Assembly: GCA_951406725.2 (NCBI GenBank) | Contig: OX597814.1 | Span: 193,688,001 to 193,752,000, forward strand | Source: Octopus vulgaris | Taxonomy: Eukaryota | Reading direction: 5' to 3' | DNA: 64,000 bases | The notes under the pieces: generated by a model | Seen by the model: only the letters and a program-made list of their open reading frames with translations | What the model was told of the DNA's origin: nothing | Databases searched by the model: none | Shown: positions 1 to 14,256 of the stretch, piece by piece | Layout: the number at the start of each line of letters is the position of its first letter | Numbering within the stretch: the stretch's first letter is position 1 | Position numbers and translations under genes: made by a program

Positions 1-353
1 GGAGGACGGTAGTGAACCCCGCTGTACTCATTCATCACAACTTTCTCTCACTCTTTCTTCCTACTTCTGCTACAAAGCAGAGGAACCATGGTGTAACCAC
101 ACTATGGTGTGGTAAACTTTCAGACCCTAGTCTAGATTGCGAATCCTCTGTACCCCAGGATGGTTCAGCTCTCCACCCTTTAAAAGCCACCGCTTACGGA
201 ATGAGGATAACAACGTAGCTTTCGCGCCCGTGCAACTGCCAGTCTATCGCGTGTAGTGGGTGGATCTTCAAGTTGCCACACGCATTCTTAATAGCTTAGA
301 GTAGGCTCGAATTAAGGATTATTCTTTGTGGCTAATGGCGTGAGTCCTGATTG

Positions 354-455
354 GAAGAAGAAGAAGAAGAAGAAGAAGAAGAAGAAGAAGAAGAAGAAGA
401 AGAAGAAGAAGAAGAAGAAGAAGAAGAAGAAGAAGAAGAAGAAGAAGAAGAAGAA
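354..455. repeat. (GAA)n microsatellite
   Basis: Pure GAA run; source of the poly-K/poly-E ORFs. Confidence 0.97.
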
Positions 456-551
456 GCAGAGCAACAACAAATACAACAACGTTGCTATATTCAGATACAG
501 CGCAATGAAATTTGGTGGTGGCGTGAACTATGTAAAGTAATAATAACTGGC

Positions 552-870
552 CCTCCGTCGGTTACGACGACGCAGATTCCAGTTGATTCGATCGACGGAA
601 TAGTCTGTTCGCGAAATTAACGTGCAAGTGGCTGAGTGCTCCACAGACACGCCTGCCCTTAACGTAGTTCTCGGTTGAGATTTAGCGTGACACGGAATGT
701 AACAAGGCTGACCCTTTAAATTACTGCAACAACTCACTTTTGCCAGCTGAGTAAACCGGAGCAACGTGAAATAAAGTGTCTTGCTCAAGGACCAATAGCA
801 CCTCCAGGAATCGAGCTCACGAGCTTCCGATTTAATCCGGTTATCGTAATCACCAAGCCACGAGCTTTCA
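552..870 (-). mobile_element. tRNA-derived SINE (family D)
   Basis: Minus strand has a degenerate A/B-box head near 870-810 followed by 'tccttgagcaagacactttatttcacgttgctcc'; the 3' part matches 16155-16320 and the head matches 41133-41260. Confidence 0.75.
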
Positions 871-942
871 CGTGATGAAGTTTATCTAAAGTGATGTGTG
901 TTTTCTTAGCCAGCATTACTGAACCGAGATGTTCCAATGAGC

Positions 943-973
<31 letters not shown>

Positions 974-1455
974 GGTGGTGGTGGTGGTGGTGGTGGTGGT
1001 GGTGGTGGTGGTGGTGGTGGTGGTTGTGGTGGTGGTTGTGGTGGTGGTGGTGGTGGTGGTTGTGGTGGTGGTGGTGGTGGTGGTGGTGATGGTGGTGGTG
1101 GTATTGGTGGTGGTGGTATTGGTGGTGGTTGGTGGTGGTGGTGGTGGTGGTGGTGGTGGTATTGGTGGTGGTGGTATTGGTGGTGGTGATGGTGGTGGTG
1201 GTATTGGTGGTGGTGGTATTGGTGGTGGTTGTGGTGGTGGTGGTGATGGTGGTGGTGGTATTGGTGGTGGTGGTATTGGTGGTGGTTGTGGTGGTGGTGG
1301 TGATGGTGGTGATGGTTGTGGTGGTGGTTGTATTGGTGGTGGTGGTATTGGTGGTTGTGGTGGTGGTGGTGGTGGTGGTGGTGGTATTGGTGGTATTGGC
1401 GGTAGTGGTTGTGGTGGTGGTGGTGGTGGTGGTGGTAATTGTTGTTGTAGTAGTA
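943..1455. repeat. (GTA)/(GGT)n compound trinucleotide microsatellite
   Basis: Direct reading; explains the poly-V/G/T/H ORFs. Confidence 0.97.
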
Positions 1456-3002
1456 GACGGCTCCACTAAGGGCTTTATGAATAAAAGTAAAGTAAATACA
1501 TAAATATTTAGTCTACAAACATCAGCAGCGATATGAATAAGAGGAGATAAAGCTATTCTAAAGTTTAACAGCGGACTAAAGGGTTTCCTTAATTTCTTTT
1601 GGAGAATATTTACCAAGTAGTATGCAGCCGAATTGTTATTTTTATGTATATAAACGCAACAACTACTTGCCAAAAATTCAATACAGTCATTGTATACACA
1701 TTGTATATAAAAAGAAACAGTTATTGTATATAAACATCTTTATTTGTGTATATGGTTTTACGTTAAAAAAATATAGAAAAGAGTGCGAAAGTATGAGGAA
1801 ACCAGCGGTGGTCTTCTGTTGGCAAAGATTATACAAAGTAGTTCAAGAATTTCATTAAGAATAGTTCAGAGTAGTTTATGAGTTTCATTGAAAATAGTTC
1901 AGAGTAGTTCACGAGTTTCCTAAACCATATTTTGTATGGTGTAGGAAGAATAGAACATTGATGCTTTGGAGTTGACCTCTTGTTCAAGAGAAAAGATCAT
2001 TTTCAGTGGGTTTGATCATTCGTGAGAGGAAATACGTTTGTTTTTAACAGAGACGTGCGCAGAGTGATGAAAATGTCCTGCATTTAGTGCCCGAGTATTG
2101 CTGACTTGTGGGGTTATATAGAATATATAGAATATCTGCTGTCACGTGTTGGACGGATCCGGCTATTAGCTGAGACCATTGCGAAGAGAGTGACGCCGCT
2201 TTCCTTTAGCAAGGAATATCAGACAGTGCTTATCTTCTGGTGGCTTTGGCAAGATAGGTTGCATGTTGAATCAGACTGTAGGCTGAAAACAGACACCTTC
2301 GTTCTTAGCCAAGCTTCATCAACTTTTTCAGATTTCGCTTGAAAAAGAAAGTGAAAGTAGAGAGTGACCTCTTGTCTAAAAGAAAGATGTGAGAGAGGAA
2401 ACAGACAATTTTTCTTCTTTATTTAGCAAAGTAGAAAAGTATCTTTTCTCAAGCAAAATATCAGATTCAACTTCTTGCCCTTGACATACAAACTTTTAAC
2501 TAAACTTGCCGACCTCACTGTACGTATAAATATGTGTTTATACTTTCGTGTTTATGTATTTAAACATATTGGGCTGTATCGTAGAAACGTGACGATTTAT
2601 AACCCCAGCACAAACTTACTTAACTTACCTAAGAAGATTTCAAGTAGAACATGTTTCCGTCGTATCGTTGATTAATTCCTCGTAATTCACCACGATAGTT
2701 GTAATTAGATAGAATTACGAAAAAAGTAGATCGGTGATGTTTAGTCGATGTTTCATTCATTATTACGTTAAATAAAGAAGTGTTGAGAAGACATTGGCAG
2801 GTGAAACCAATTTTTGATTCGTTGGTAGGAGAATCAATCGTGTCATGGTATCTACGTAAATATTTGGTTTTATAGTCAAGTGTAACTATAAAACCAATTA
2901 CAAAATTGCTGTTTACATCAGTTGCCATTTTCACTAACTCTTCGCTCCGTTCTAAGTTTTTGTCTAAAAAATTCTCATTTATCAAAGAAGTAGAGTAATT
3001 TG

Positions 3003-3066
<64 letters not shown>

Positions 3067-3359
3067 GCCTGGGGATTTACTTTGGTTATCTGCCCTTTAA
3101 TTTTTCTTTCCGTTTTATTTGTTTATTTGTTCTACCTTGTGATCATATTCCCATGATTTCCTCTTGTTTTCTTTTTTTTTCTTTGCCTTCAAGATGAAGG
3201 GACTATATACGAAAAGTTAAAAAATGTTTTTCTTCTACTTTCTTAAATCGACATTGCATTTAATTTCTACCTTGTTTCTTTTACTTCTTGCATTTGTATG
3301 ATATATATGTATACATACATACATACATACATACATACATACATACATACATACATACA

Positions 3360-3390
<31 letters not shown>

Positions 3391-3458
3391 GCAAGTACAT
3401 ATATGTAATATAAATGTATACATATATATAATGTATACATACGAATATCTATCTATCA

Positions 3459-3490
<32 letters not shown>

Positions 3491-3549
3491 GTATGTATGT
3501 ATATATGTATGTATTATGTATGTATATACATATATGCATATATATATAT

Positions 3550-3601
<52 letters not shown>

Positions 3602-3637
3602 GTATATATGTATGTATTATGTATGTATATACATATA

Positions 3638-3706
<69 letters not shown>

Positions 3707-3707
3707 T

Positions 3708-3990
3708 ATAGGGAGAATTCGCGAAAAAATAAACAAAAGACGAAGACAGGTGGTGTAGAAAACAAACATATGTATTAGTATAACGCTCGGGAATTGAAAA
3801 AGTCTTTTACGTTTCGAGCCTACGCTCTTCTACAGAAAGGCACACAGAAAGAAACAAGGAGAGAAAAAAAACGTGTGTAGTGGCTACTGATCTATCATGG
3901 CGACTGCCGGACAGAAGGGTCACGCAGGAGCGCGAAGAAGTAGGCGAGATAACAACGTAATAGTGATTCCAAAACGAAGGTGCGCATGGC

Positions 3991-3995
<5 letters not shown>
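3708..3995 (-). mobile_element. Penelope-like element 3' end / pLTR fragment (HHR family H2)
   Basis: Homologous to 19700-19877, 32258-32445 and 49028-49230; contains an HHR motif; flanked by (TA)n on both sides. Confidence 0.75.
3804..3839 (-). ncRNA. minimal type-I hammerhead ribozyme, A6U core variant
   Basis: Minus strand cttt-CTGTAGA-a-gagc(gtag)gctc-GAAACGTA-aaag: stem I cttt/aaag, stem II gagc/gctc, palindromic stem III ACGT. Confidence 0.65.
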
Positions 3996-4042
<47 letters not shown>

Positions 4043-4251
4043 CCACGATAGTTTTCAATAATACATTTCTAGCCTTAAGCCTGACGTAAGGAAAAAAAAC
4101 AAGAACTGAATACTAGTTTAATGGTTCTCAGTTGTTTGTAAATCAGCGATTCTTTTCACGGAACAGCGTTTTACATATGCCACATTAATATATTTTGCAT
4201 AATAGTAGTGGTAGTGGTTGCGGGTAGTAGTAGTGGTTGTGGTTGTGGTGG

Positions 4252-4317
<66 letters not shown>

Positions 4318-4318
4318 T

Positions 4319-4371
<53 letters not shown>

Positions 4372-4681
4372 TGTTGTTGTTGTAGTAGTAGTCCCAGTAG
4401 TATAGTGCAGTTATAATATATAATTAACCGGCATATAAATGAACTCCAACGAATGGATACCAAAACGAGAAAAAAAATGACAGCAAACAAGGTGCATTAT
4501 CCAAAAACTGATATTTATAGAATCTACGTTCCTTTAAAAGAGAGCGGAAGAGTCCTCATCCTGCTAGAATTATAGCACAAGACCATCACAATAGATCTTA
4601 ATTCATACATTCAGCACAACTATGACTGCATGCTACAGCTAGAATTCTACCAGCTCGGCACCTTAAATGATATGAATATAC

Positions 4682-5043
4682 TCTCTTTACTCTTTTAGTC
4701 TTTTACCTGTTTCAGTCATTTGACTGCGGCCATGCTGGAGCACCGCCTTTAGTCGAGCGAATCGACCCCCAGGTCTTATTCTTTGTAAGCCTAGTACTTA
4801 TTCTATCGGTCTCTTTTGCCGAACCGCTAAGTTACGGGGACGTAAACACACCAGCATCGGTTGTCAATATACATATATACGACGGGCTTCTTTCAGTTTC
4901 CATCAACCAAATCCACTCACAAGGCTTTGGTCGGCCCGAGGCTATAGTAGAAGACACTTGCCCAAGGTGCCACGCACTGGAACTGAACCCAGAATCATGT
5001 GGCTGGTAAGCAAGCTACTTACCACACAGCCACTCTTACGCCT
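4682..5043 (-). mobile_element. tRNA-derived SINE (family A)
   Basis: Head 'gagtggctgtgtggtaag...gggttcagttcc' (A/B boxes), CORE-like 'ccttgggcaagtgtctt', tail (gagtaaaa)n; many copies in the window. Confidence 0.9.
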
Positions 5044-6159
5044 AATTAGTGATGATAGTCTGCCTTGGTAGTTATTAAAATTCATTTATAAGTTTGGGTT
5101 TCGTGAGGGATGCGTGATCTGAGGTATAGCGCTTCGCAGCTCTTTGAACAACTCTTAACCACAAAATCCTTCCCAAGGGAGCTAAAAATATTAACCAAAA
5201 TGTCACTCTCTTTACACAAATACCAGTTAAAATGAAATTAAGAAAAAAGTAAGACATGTACTGCCGTCCTTACAAACCACAAATGAACTTCACGAAGTCT
5301 ATGAATTATATATAATTTTCGTTCCTTCTGTTACATGTCAGTTACATTTCATGTTTTTAATGAGTTACACAAAACATTTCACAAACAAACTGCGCACTGT
5401 GTTTTAGGCTAGGATGATTTATGTTTATTTGGTTTATTACCCGGTTTGCTTCAGAGTTTTTTTAAACAGACTAATTTGGCAACACCACAAGTATCTTCTT
5501 ACGTAGATCTTTGCATATTTTCCAGACAAATTGAAAAGACTGCAAAAAAAAAAAAAGAATAGGGAAAGAGAAAAACCCAGTGAAGGGAGGGGGGATGCGC
5601 AGAACAAACCGGCGGCAGTAATTTACAGCTGCTCTTTGCTAAATAGTCATACAATCCACTTAGATATTTACCTGACTGTCTCCATGTCTATCTTTCTTGG
5701 TATCTTCTGGATATATACACATGCACATACACACACATATTCATATATACATACATACATACATATATATATGTATACATACATACACACACAAGCGTAC
5801 ACATATGTATATTCATACATTCATATATATATATACACATACATATATTTATATGTATGTGTATATATATATATATATATATTTACACACATACACACAT
5901 TCACATATGTATATGTATATATATATAGAGAGAGAGGGAGATCGAGAGAGAGAGAGCTCCTCTATTACTAAAGTGAAGTATAATAGACTGAGATATTTGC
6001 TTTGTTGTATCCATATCTATCTTAGAATCTTCTGGGTGGGTGCATATGTTATGTTATGTTTGTTATGTTATGTTTTCCAGTTTCAGCTCTTGAGCTGTGG
6101 CCATGCTGGGGCACCGCCATTTGGTGTTGCTACATGATTTTGCCTCACGAATGCTTTTT

Positions 6160-6425
6160 AGCAACTGCCATTTGGTGCATGAGAGAGTTCGATGCAGCTG
6201 CCCTCATCTGCACTCATATATATATATACATTCCTGCCGTGAAGTTGGTTCATCCTGGACACCTGACAGGAAGAGATCCAGTCCTACTTTTAAGACATCC
6301 GCATCCACCCCATGCAGGTCCCTCAGGTTCTTCGGGAGGATATTGAAGAGCTGTGGGCCTCTGAAGCCCGGCTATCATAGTATCTTGTCCTACATCTTGA
6401 TGGCAAATTTGGAGTCCTTGGTGCA
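6160..6425 (-). mobile_element. CR1/L2-group LINE 3' fragment
   Basis: Minus translation GFRGPQLFNILPKNLRDLHGVDADVLKVGLDLFLSGVQDEP resembles the C-terminus of the 37708 ORF (IGPALFNITP...LDKFLQTVPDKP). Confidence 0.7.
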
Positions 6426-6442
6426 TATATATATATATGCAC

Positions 6443-6489
<47 letters not shown>

Positions 6490-6625
6490 TTAGAAAAAAA
6501 CTCACCTTTTATCAATTCAAAATGAACAATTAAATTACACCATCTAGAAAATTACATATAATAGAAATATTAAAATTAAAATAACAATAGAATGTCAATG
6601 ATTAAGTAAATTGCAAATATAATTG

Positions 6626-6681
<56 letters not shown>

Positions 6682-6682
<1 letters not shown>

Positions 6683-6900
6683 TCCTTTACTTGTTTCAGT
6701 CATTTGACTGCGGCCAAGCAGGAGCACCGCCTTAAGTCGAACAAATCGACCTCAGGACTTATTCTTTGTAAGCCTAGTACTTATTCTATTGGACTCTTTC
6801 ACCGAACCACTAAGTCACGAGGACGTAAACACACCAACATCGGTTGTCAAGCGATGGTGTGGGGACAAACACAGATACATAAACACACACATACATACAT
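6682..6900 (-). mobile_element. SINE family A, 3' half
   Basis: Matches the family A tail; ends in the internal microsatellite where a mariner end begins. Confidence 0.85.
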
Positions 6901-6957
6901 ATATATATTTGACACATAAACACATACCTACATATACATATATATACATATATGTAT

Positions 6958-7002
<45 letters not shown>

Positions 7003-7020
7003 TATGTATGCATGTATATA

Positions 7021-7290
7021 CGAGGATGAGTCAAAAATTAATGCCATTTTGTTTAAGACAGGTATAATTACCAACACAGGAACATGTATCATAGATCAAA
7101 ATGAAGCTGGTCCTCTGTGGATCACATCCCTACTTCTCAACATAGTCGCCATTTCTCTCAATGGCAATGTTCCACCTTCAAATGAGAGCATGTATCCCTG
7201 CCCCGTAAAATTTTGTTGACTGTTGTTTGAGCCACTTCTTCACTACAGTTTTCACTTCGTAGTCACTGGACTATGATCGTCACTGGACTA
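7021..7290 (-). mobile_element. mariner transposon 3' end (TIR plus transposase C-terminus)
   Basis: TA|cgaggatgagtcaaaaatt TIR-like end; minus translation EVKTVVKKWLKQQSTKFYGAGIHALI*RWNIAIERNGDYVEK* is a typical mariner C-terminus. Confidence 0.8.
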
Positions 7291-7406
7291 TCATCCATGA
7301 AGGAGGACTTGAGAGGCACTTATATGAGAGGCTCTCCCGAGATTAATATTCGATATTCTGACGAGACAACTGTTAAGTTGGATATATATATATAGAGAGA
7401 AGTAGG

Positions 7407-7997
<591 letters not shown>

Positions 7998-8227
7998 CTT
8001 TACTTGGTTACTCTTCCTACTAGAAATACCACTCTATCATATTTGTATGTTAGAGTGAAGGTGTGTGTGTTAGTGAAGTATTCATTTTGTTTATATGTTT
8101 TGTCAGTGCTTGTTTGTATATGTCAAGCTTTTCAAAAAACATAATTTGTTATTTAACGAAAGTATTTATGTAAATGTATGCATAACTATGTAAATATTCA
8201 CGTATATAGGCAGTAAGTATATACATA

Positions 8228-8309
<82 letters not shown>

Positions 8310-8420
8310 TGTATGTATGTATGTATGTATGTATGCATTTATTATGTATGTATGTATGTATGGATGGATGGATGGATGGATGGATGGATGGATGGATGGA
8401 TGGATGGATGGATGGATGTA

Positions 8421-9686
8421 CAGGGTGCGAAGGTATTTGAAGACATACCTTTTTTAGTTCATTGCTGCATTTTTTGCTAACTCTGTATAATCTTTGTTTC
8501 AGAAAATAATAATAGCAGACCATGAGCTTACTCAAGAAATGTATAGGCATACTGTTATTGTGGTTATAAAGGCTGAGCATAGCGATTTAGAAACATTTCG
8601 ACTTTTAAAAGTTGTCAGGTCTTTCGTCTACAAAGTTTGTAAGAGCAAGAGACTAAAAATGGAAACTTATCAACAGTATCAAAGCATAAAAAGCATCCTA
8701 AACGCTCTAAAATCAACAGGACACCTGAATTGATCCAGCAAGCTCAACAGATCATTGATTACAATCCCAGAAAGTCCATGAGGTCAATTGCAAAATATCG
8801 CCATGTGTCAGAAGGAACAGTCAGAAATGTTGGCCACGAAGACATCAGATATAAGTCTTATATGATGGAGAAAGGTCAATTTGTCAGAAAAAGGAAAAGA
8901 AAATCACTACATCAGATCTTAAAGTTTCTTTAAAAAACTAAAAATAAAAACAGCAGAAGATTTGATTTGGTTTTTCTCAAATGAGAAAAACTTCGATCAA
9001 GATCAAAAAGTTAACAGAAGACATGACAGATGGTTATGTGCAGATCCTTTGAAGTTCCAAGTGTTATGCATACAGAATTTCCTGCAACTGTCAAGGTTTT
9101 TAATGGTTGTCAGCAATGAAGGACATGTGATGCCGCCTTACTTCTTTCCACAAGGCCTTAGAGTTAACTCTGCCGCTTACATTTAGAGCTCGGAAATAAT
9201 TGTTAGGCTGTGGATAGACTGTGTATGCAATGGGAAGTCATATGTTCTTCAATGAAATTCTGCACTATCACACATGGCTCTAGTAACACAGGAATGGATG
9301 GCTGAAAATGTTCATGATCACATAACCCCTAACATTTGCCCTTCTAATTCCCCAGATCTCAATCCATTAGACTATTACACGTGAAGAGCTGTTGAGAGAG
9401 AGGTCAATGAACACACCTATAACACCAAAGATTCTTTGAAAGCTGCCATAGTCCGAGTAATGTCCAAAATGAACCAGGATCACTTTATTCGAGCATGTAC
9501 ACGATTTAGATCTCATATAGAAGCAGTTGTTGAAGCTGAAGGTGGCTTTATTGAATAACATTATAGAAATGTAGGTTTATTTTTACCCTCATAGCATTTT
9601 TTGGTAAATAAAGTTATTATCTAATACTATATATCTGTGTTTTTTTTATAAACATAAATCTGTCCTCAAATATCTTACGCACCCTG
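8421..9686 (+). mobile_element. decayed full-length Tc1/mariner-superfamily transposon, DD37D (maT) type
   Basis: TIRs cagggtgcg(t)aag(g/a)tatttga(a/g)gaca at both ends with TA TSD; fragments WFFSNEKNF, Q*NSALSH...SPDLNPLDYY with 37 residues between the last two catalytic positions; stops and frameshifts present. Confidence 0.9.
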
Positions 9687-9690
9687 TATA

Positions 9691-9738
<48 letters not shown>

Positions 9739-9761
9739 TATATACATACATGTATACATAC

Positions 9762-9852
<91 letters not shown>

Positions 9853-9891
9853 AAAAAAGGTTTGAAAATGCAATTTAAACGATGTTTATTT

Positions 9892-9932
9892 ACTTAACCG
9901 GTTTCACTCTTTGGTAAAAGATTGTCAAAAGT
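9892..9932 (-). ncRNA. minimal hammerhead ribozyme, U3-A8 variant (left arm)
   Basis: Exact reverse complement of 14139-14179. Confidence 0.65.
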
Positions 9933-9949
9933 TACATTTAAGGAAACAT

Positions 9950-10175
9950 TGAATAATATGGGTTCAAAAAAGTTTTTTACATAATTGTCACATTGAATAT
10001 TATGCATTCAAAAAGTTTTTTACATAATTGTCACATTGGATATTATGGGTTCAAAAAAAGTTTTTTACATAATTGTCACATTGAATATTATGCATTCAAA
10101 AAAGTTTTTTACATAATTGTCACATTGGATATTATGAATTCAAAAATGTTTTTTTATACATAATTGTCACATTAT
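9950..10175. repeat. ~43-bp minisatellite (about 5 copies) inside the PLE arm; mirror at ~13895-14120
   Basis: Unit aaagttttttacataattgtcacattg(a/g)atattatg..ttca with alternating variants. Confidence 0.9.
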
Positions 10176-11568
10176 TTGGGAAAATTTGGCAGAAAAGGAT
10201 AAAACAAATATATTATTGGGAATTGGTTGCGTTAATTATTGGTTGTCGCAAATTGTCACATTACATGTATATATATACAATCTTTGGTATATATATACAG
10301 CGTTTTGACAGCAAAAATTAAAATGGATTTTTTGTCCATCTCAGAATATTTTAAGTATGTTTTTACTGACCTGTTAGTATTAGCAGAAAGGCTGAACTGA
10401 GAGAACAGAAGTAGCCAATGTGGTGTATACTTCCCCTTTATGCATGAATGATTTTGGGGTTATCAGGAGGTTAGTATGCGGGTGTGAATAGATGTGTCCG
10501 TGCCTGCTGGTCAGACAGCGTCTGTTTGTCACACACATATATATACACACAAACACACACACACACAACAACACACACACACACACACATAGTATACAAA
10601 CACAAACCACATACAGACAACACACACACACACAGAACACACACACCCACACACAACGCACCCACATATATCACATATATACACAGCACACAAATATAAC
10701 ATGTATCTATATATAATATACACAGATATATAACACACATACACACACACACACACAACACACGCACACATACATACATAATATAAATATCACACAAATA
10801 CACCTAGCATATATATATATACACATACAATACACACATACAGCATGTAAGTAATATACATACACAATATATGCATGCAATATACATACGCAATACATAC
10901 ATACAATATATATATATATAGACAATGCATATACATATATACACATATACATATAAATAGTGTTTACATACACATACATAGATGTACCACATATACACAC
11001 AACACACATACATACAATGCATACACATACACGTACGCATACATATAATATATATATACACACACACACACATATAACATACATACACACACAATGCATA
11101 CATATATATACACGCAATGCATATACATGTATTCATGCACATATAGCACACCTACAATATACATATATACAGTGCACACATACACACAAATATATACACT
11201 TAATTGTACACGTACATATCCAATACACATACATACAATATACATATATACAATGCGCATGCAAATAATGTACATGTTTATACACACATAAACATGCAAA
11301 TAAATATACACACACACACATACACACACACACATATATATACACACATATATATATATATATACACACATACATACATACATACATGCACATACATATA
11401 TTTTTTCACACACATACACACACACATATATATATAAAAAATTCACCACCCCCCACACACACAAATTACAAACCTATAGCGTACACACTCAAATATATCT
11501 CTACATGCCGCACATACACACAAACAAAGTACTAACATATACACACATACCATGCATATACACACACA

Positions 11569-11618
<50 letters not shown>

Positions 11619-11794
11619 AAGATACATATGTAAATACATACACACGTATACAATGCTCACACACACACACACACACACATACACACACACCCGCACACAG
11701 TGCACACACACACACACACATATATACACACGTGCACACACACAAACACATACAACGCGCGCACACACACATATACACACACACGCACACAGTG

Positions 11795-11828
<34 letters not shown>

Positions 11829-11980
11829 ATGCATGCGTGTGCATGCCACGTATGTGTGTGGTCAATGCCCGCTAGTGTGTCCTATGCGTGCCGATGCGCG
11901 CATGTGCCCGCCCGCACGATATGCTGTGAGCGTGCGCGCGTCCCTGTGTGCTTGCTCTGGATGTGCTTCCAGGGGGTATG

Positions 11981-12200
11981 TTAGAGTATGTTTAGTTGTG
12001 GTCTGTATTTTTGAATAAGATTACTTTCCTTATTTATTCGTGTTTGGTCTGTGGTGTTGTCCGAGCATTGGTATAGTGGGAAGACTAAGAATTTGGGGGA
12101 CTTATTGTGTGCACAAAGGTCTAAGTGTCCACTTAGTGGTATCTGTCTTGTGGAGGGGTCCCTCAGTTGTTGTCGGTGAACTGTCATTCTGTCTCTGAGG
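11981..12200 (-). pseudogene. GIY-YIG endonuclease C-terminal fragment of a Penelope-like element
   Basis: NALRDRMTVHRQQLRDPSTRQIPLSGHLDLC...FPLYQC...RINKESNLIQKYRPQLN* fits the R..H..E..N pattern of PLE GIY-YIG domains. Confidence 0.85.
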
Positions 12201-12453
12201 GCATTGACCACACACATACGTGGCATGCACACGCATGCATTATATATATGTAGGTGATATATGTGTGTGTGTGTGTGTGTGCACTGTGTGCGTGTGTGTG
12301 TATATGTGTGTGTGCGCGCGTTGTATGTGTTTGTGTGTGTGCACGTGTGTATATATGTGTGTGTGTGTGTGCACTGTGTGCAGGTGTGTGTGTATGTGTG
12401 TGTGTGTGTGTGTGTGAGCATTGTATACGTGTGTATGTATTTACATATGTATC

Positions 12454-12500
<47 letters not shown>

Positions 12501-13298
12501 TGTGTGTGTATATGCATGGTATGTGTGTATATGTTAGTACTTTGTTTGTGTGTATGTGCGGCATGTAGAGATATATTTGAGTGTGTACGCTATAGGTTTG
12601 TAATTTGTGTGTGTGGGGGGGGGTGAATTTTTTATATATATATGTGTGTGTGTATGTGTGTGAAAAAATATATGTATGTGCATGTATGTATGTATGTATG
12701 TGTGTATATATATATATATATGTGTGTATATATATGTGTGTGTGTGTATGTGTGTGTGTGTATATTTATTTGCATGTTTATGTGTGTATAAACATGTACA
12801 TTATTTGCATGCGCATTGTATATATGTATATTGTATGTATGTGTATTGGATATGTACGTGTACAATTAAGTGTATATATTTGTGTGTATGTGTGCACTGT
12901 ATATATGTATATTGTAGGTGTGCTATATGTGCATGAATACATGTATATGCATTGCGTGTATATATATGTATGCATTGTGTGTGTATGTATGTTATATGTG
13001 TGTGTGTGTGTATATATATATTATATGTATGCGTACGTGTATGTGTATGCATTGTATGTATGTGTGTTGTGTGTATATGTGGTACATCTATGTATGTGTA
13101 TGTAAACACTATTTATATGTATATGTGTATATATGTATATGCATTGTCTATATATATATATATTGTATGTATGTATTGCGTATGTATATTGCATGCATAT
13201 ATTGTGTATGTATATTACTTACATGCTGTATGTGTGTATTGTATGTGTATATATATATATGCTAGGTGTATTTGTGTGATATTTATATTATGTATGTA

Positions 13299-13338
<40 letters not shown>

Positions 13339-14138
13339 TTATATATCTGTGTATATTATATATAGATACATGTTATATTTGTGTGCTGTGTATATATGTG
13401 ATATATGTGGGTGCGTTGTGTGTGGGTGTGTGTGTTCTGTGTGTGTGTGTGTTGTCTGTATGTGGTTTGTGTTTGTATACTATGTGTGTGTGTGTGTGTT
13501 GTTGTGTGTGTGTGTGTTTGTGTGTATATATATGTGTGTGACAAACAGACGCTGTCTGACCAGCAGGCACGGACACATCTATTCACACCCGCATACTAAC
13601 CTCCTGATAACCCCAAAATCATTCATGCATAAAGGGGAAGTATACACCACATTGGCTACTTCTGTTCTCTCAGTTCAGCCTTTCTGCTAATACTAACAGG
13701 TCAGTAAAAACATACTTAAAATATTCTGAGATGGACAAAAAATCCATTTTAATTTTTGCTGTCAAAACGCTGTATATATATACCAAAGATTGTATATATA
13801 TACATGTAATGTGACAATTTGCGACAACCAATAATTAACGCAACCAATTCCCAATAATATATTTGTTTTATCCTTTTCTGCCAAATTTTCCCAAATAATG
13901 TGACAATTATGTATAAAAAAACATTTTTGAATTCATAATATCCAATGTGACAATTATGTAAAAAACTTTTTTGAATGCATAATATTCAATGTGACAATTA
14001 TGTAAAAAACTTTTTTGAACCCATAATATCCAATGTGACAATTATGTAAAAAACTTTTTTGAATGCATAATATTCAATGTGACAATTATGTAAAAAACTT
14101 TTTTTGAACCCATATTATTCAATGTTTCCTTAAATGTA

Positions 14139-14179
14139 ACTTTTGACAATCTTTTACCAAAGAGTGAAACCGGTTAAGT
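14139..14179 (+). ncRNA. minimal hammerhead ribozyme, U3-A8 variant (right arm)
   Basis: actt-TTGACAA-tctttt(acca)aagagt-GAAACCGGTT-aagt: stem I actt/aagt, palindromic stem III ACCGGT, C3-G8 replaced by U3-A8. Confidence 0.65.
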
Positions 14180-14256
14180 AAATAAACATCGTTTAAATTG
14201 CATTTTCAAACCTTTTTTCTTATATAATCCCACTCGTGCGATACCCCACAACTCAA

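Noticed and set aside
1780-2600. Possible solo LTR with a ~33-bp triple repeat at 1838-1920
   Set aside because: No clear TG...CA ends, TSD or second copy.
2629-3063. 144-aa minus ORF with a non-repetitive C-terminal part
   Set aside because: It starts in a (TG)n tract, with no recognisable domain or splice support.
7349-7382. CTGACGA plus a hairpin as a possible HHR
   Set aside because: No GAAA or stem III; cut off by a microsatellite.
9950-10175. Regularly spaced repeats resembling a CRISPR array
   Set aside because: No unique spacers, eukaryotic context and no cas genes; it is a minisatellite.
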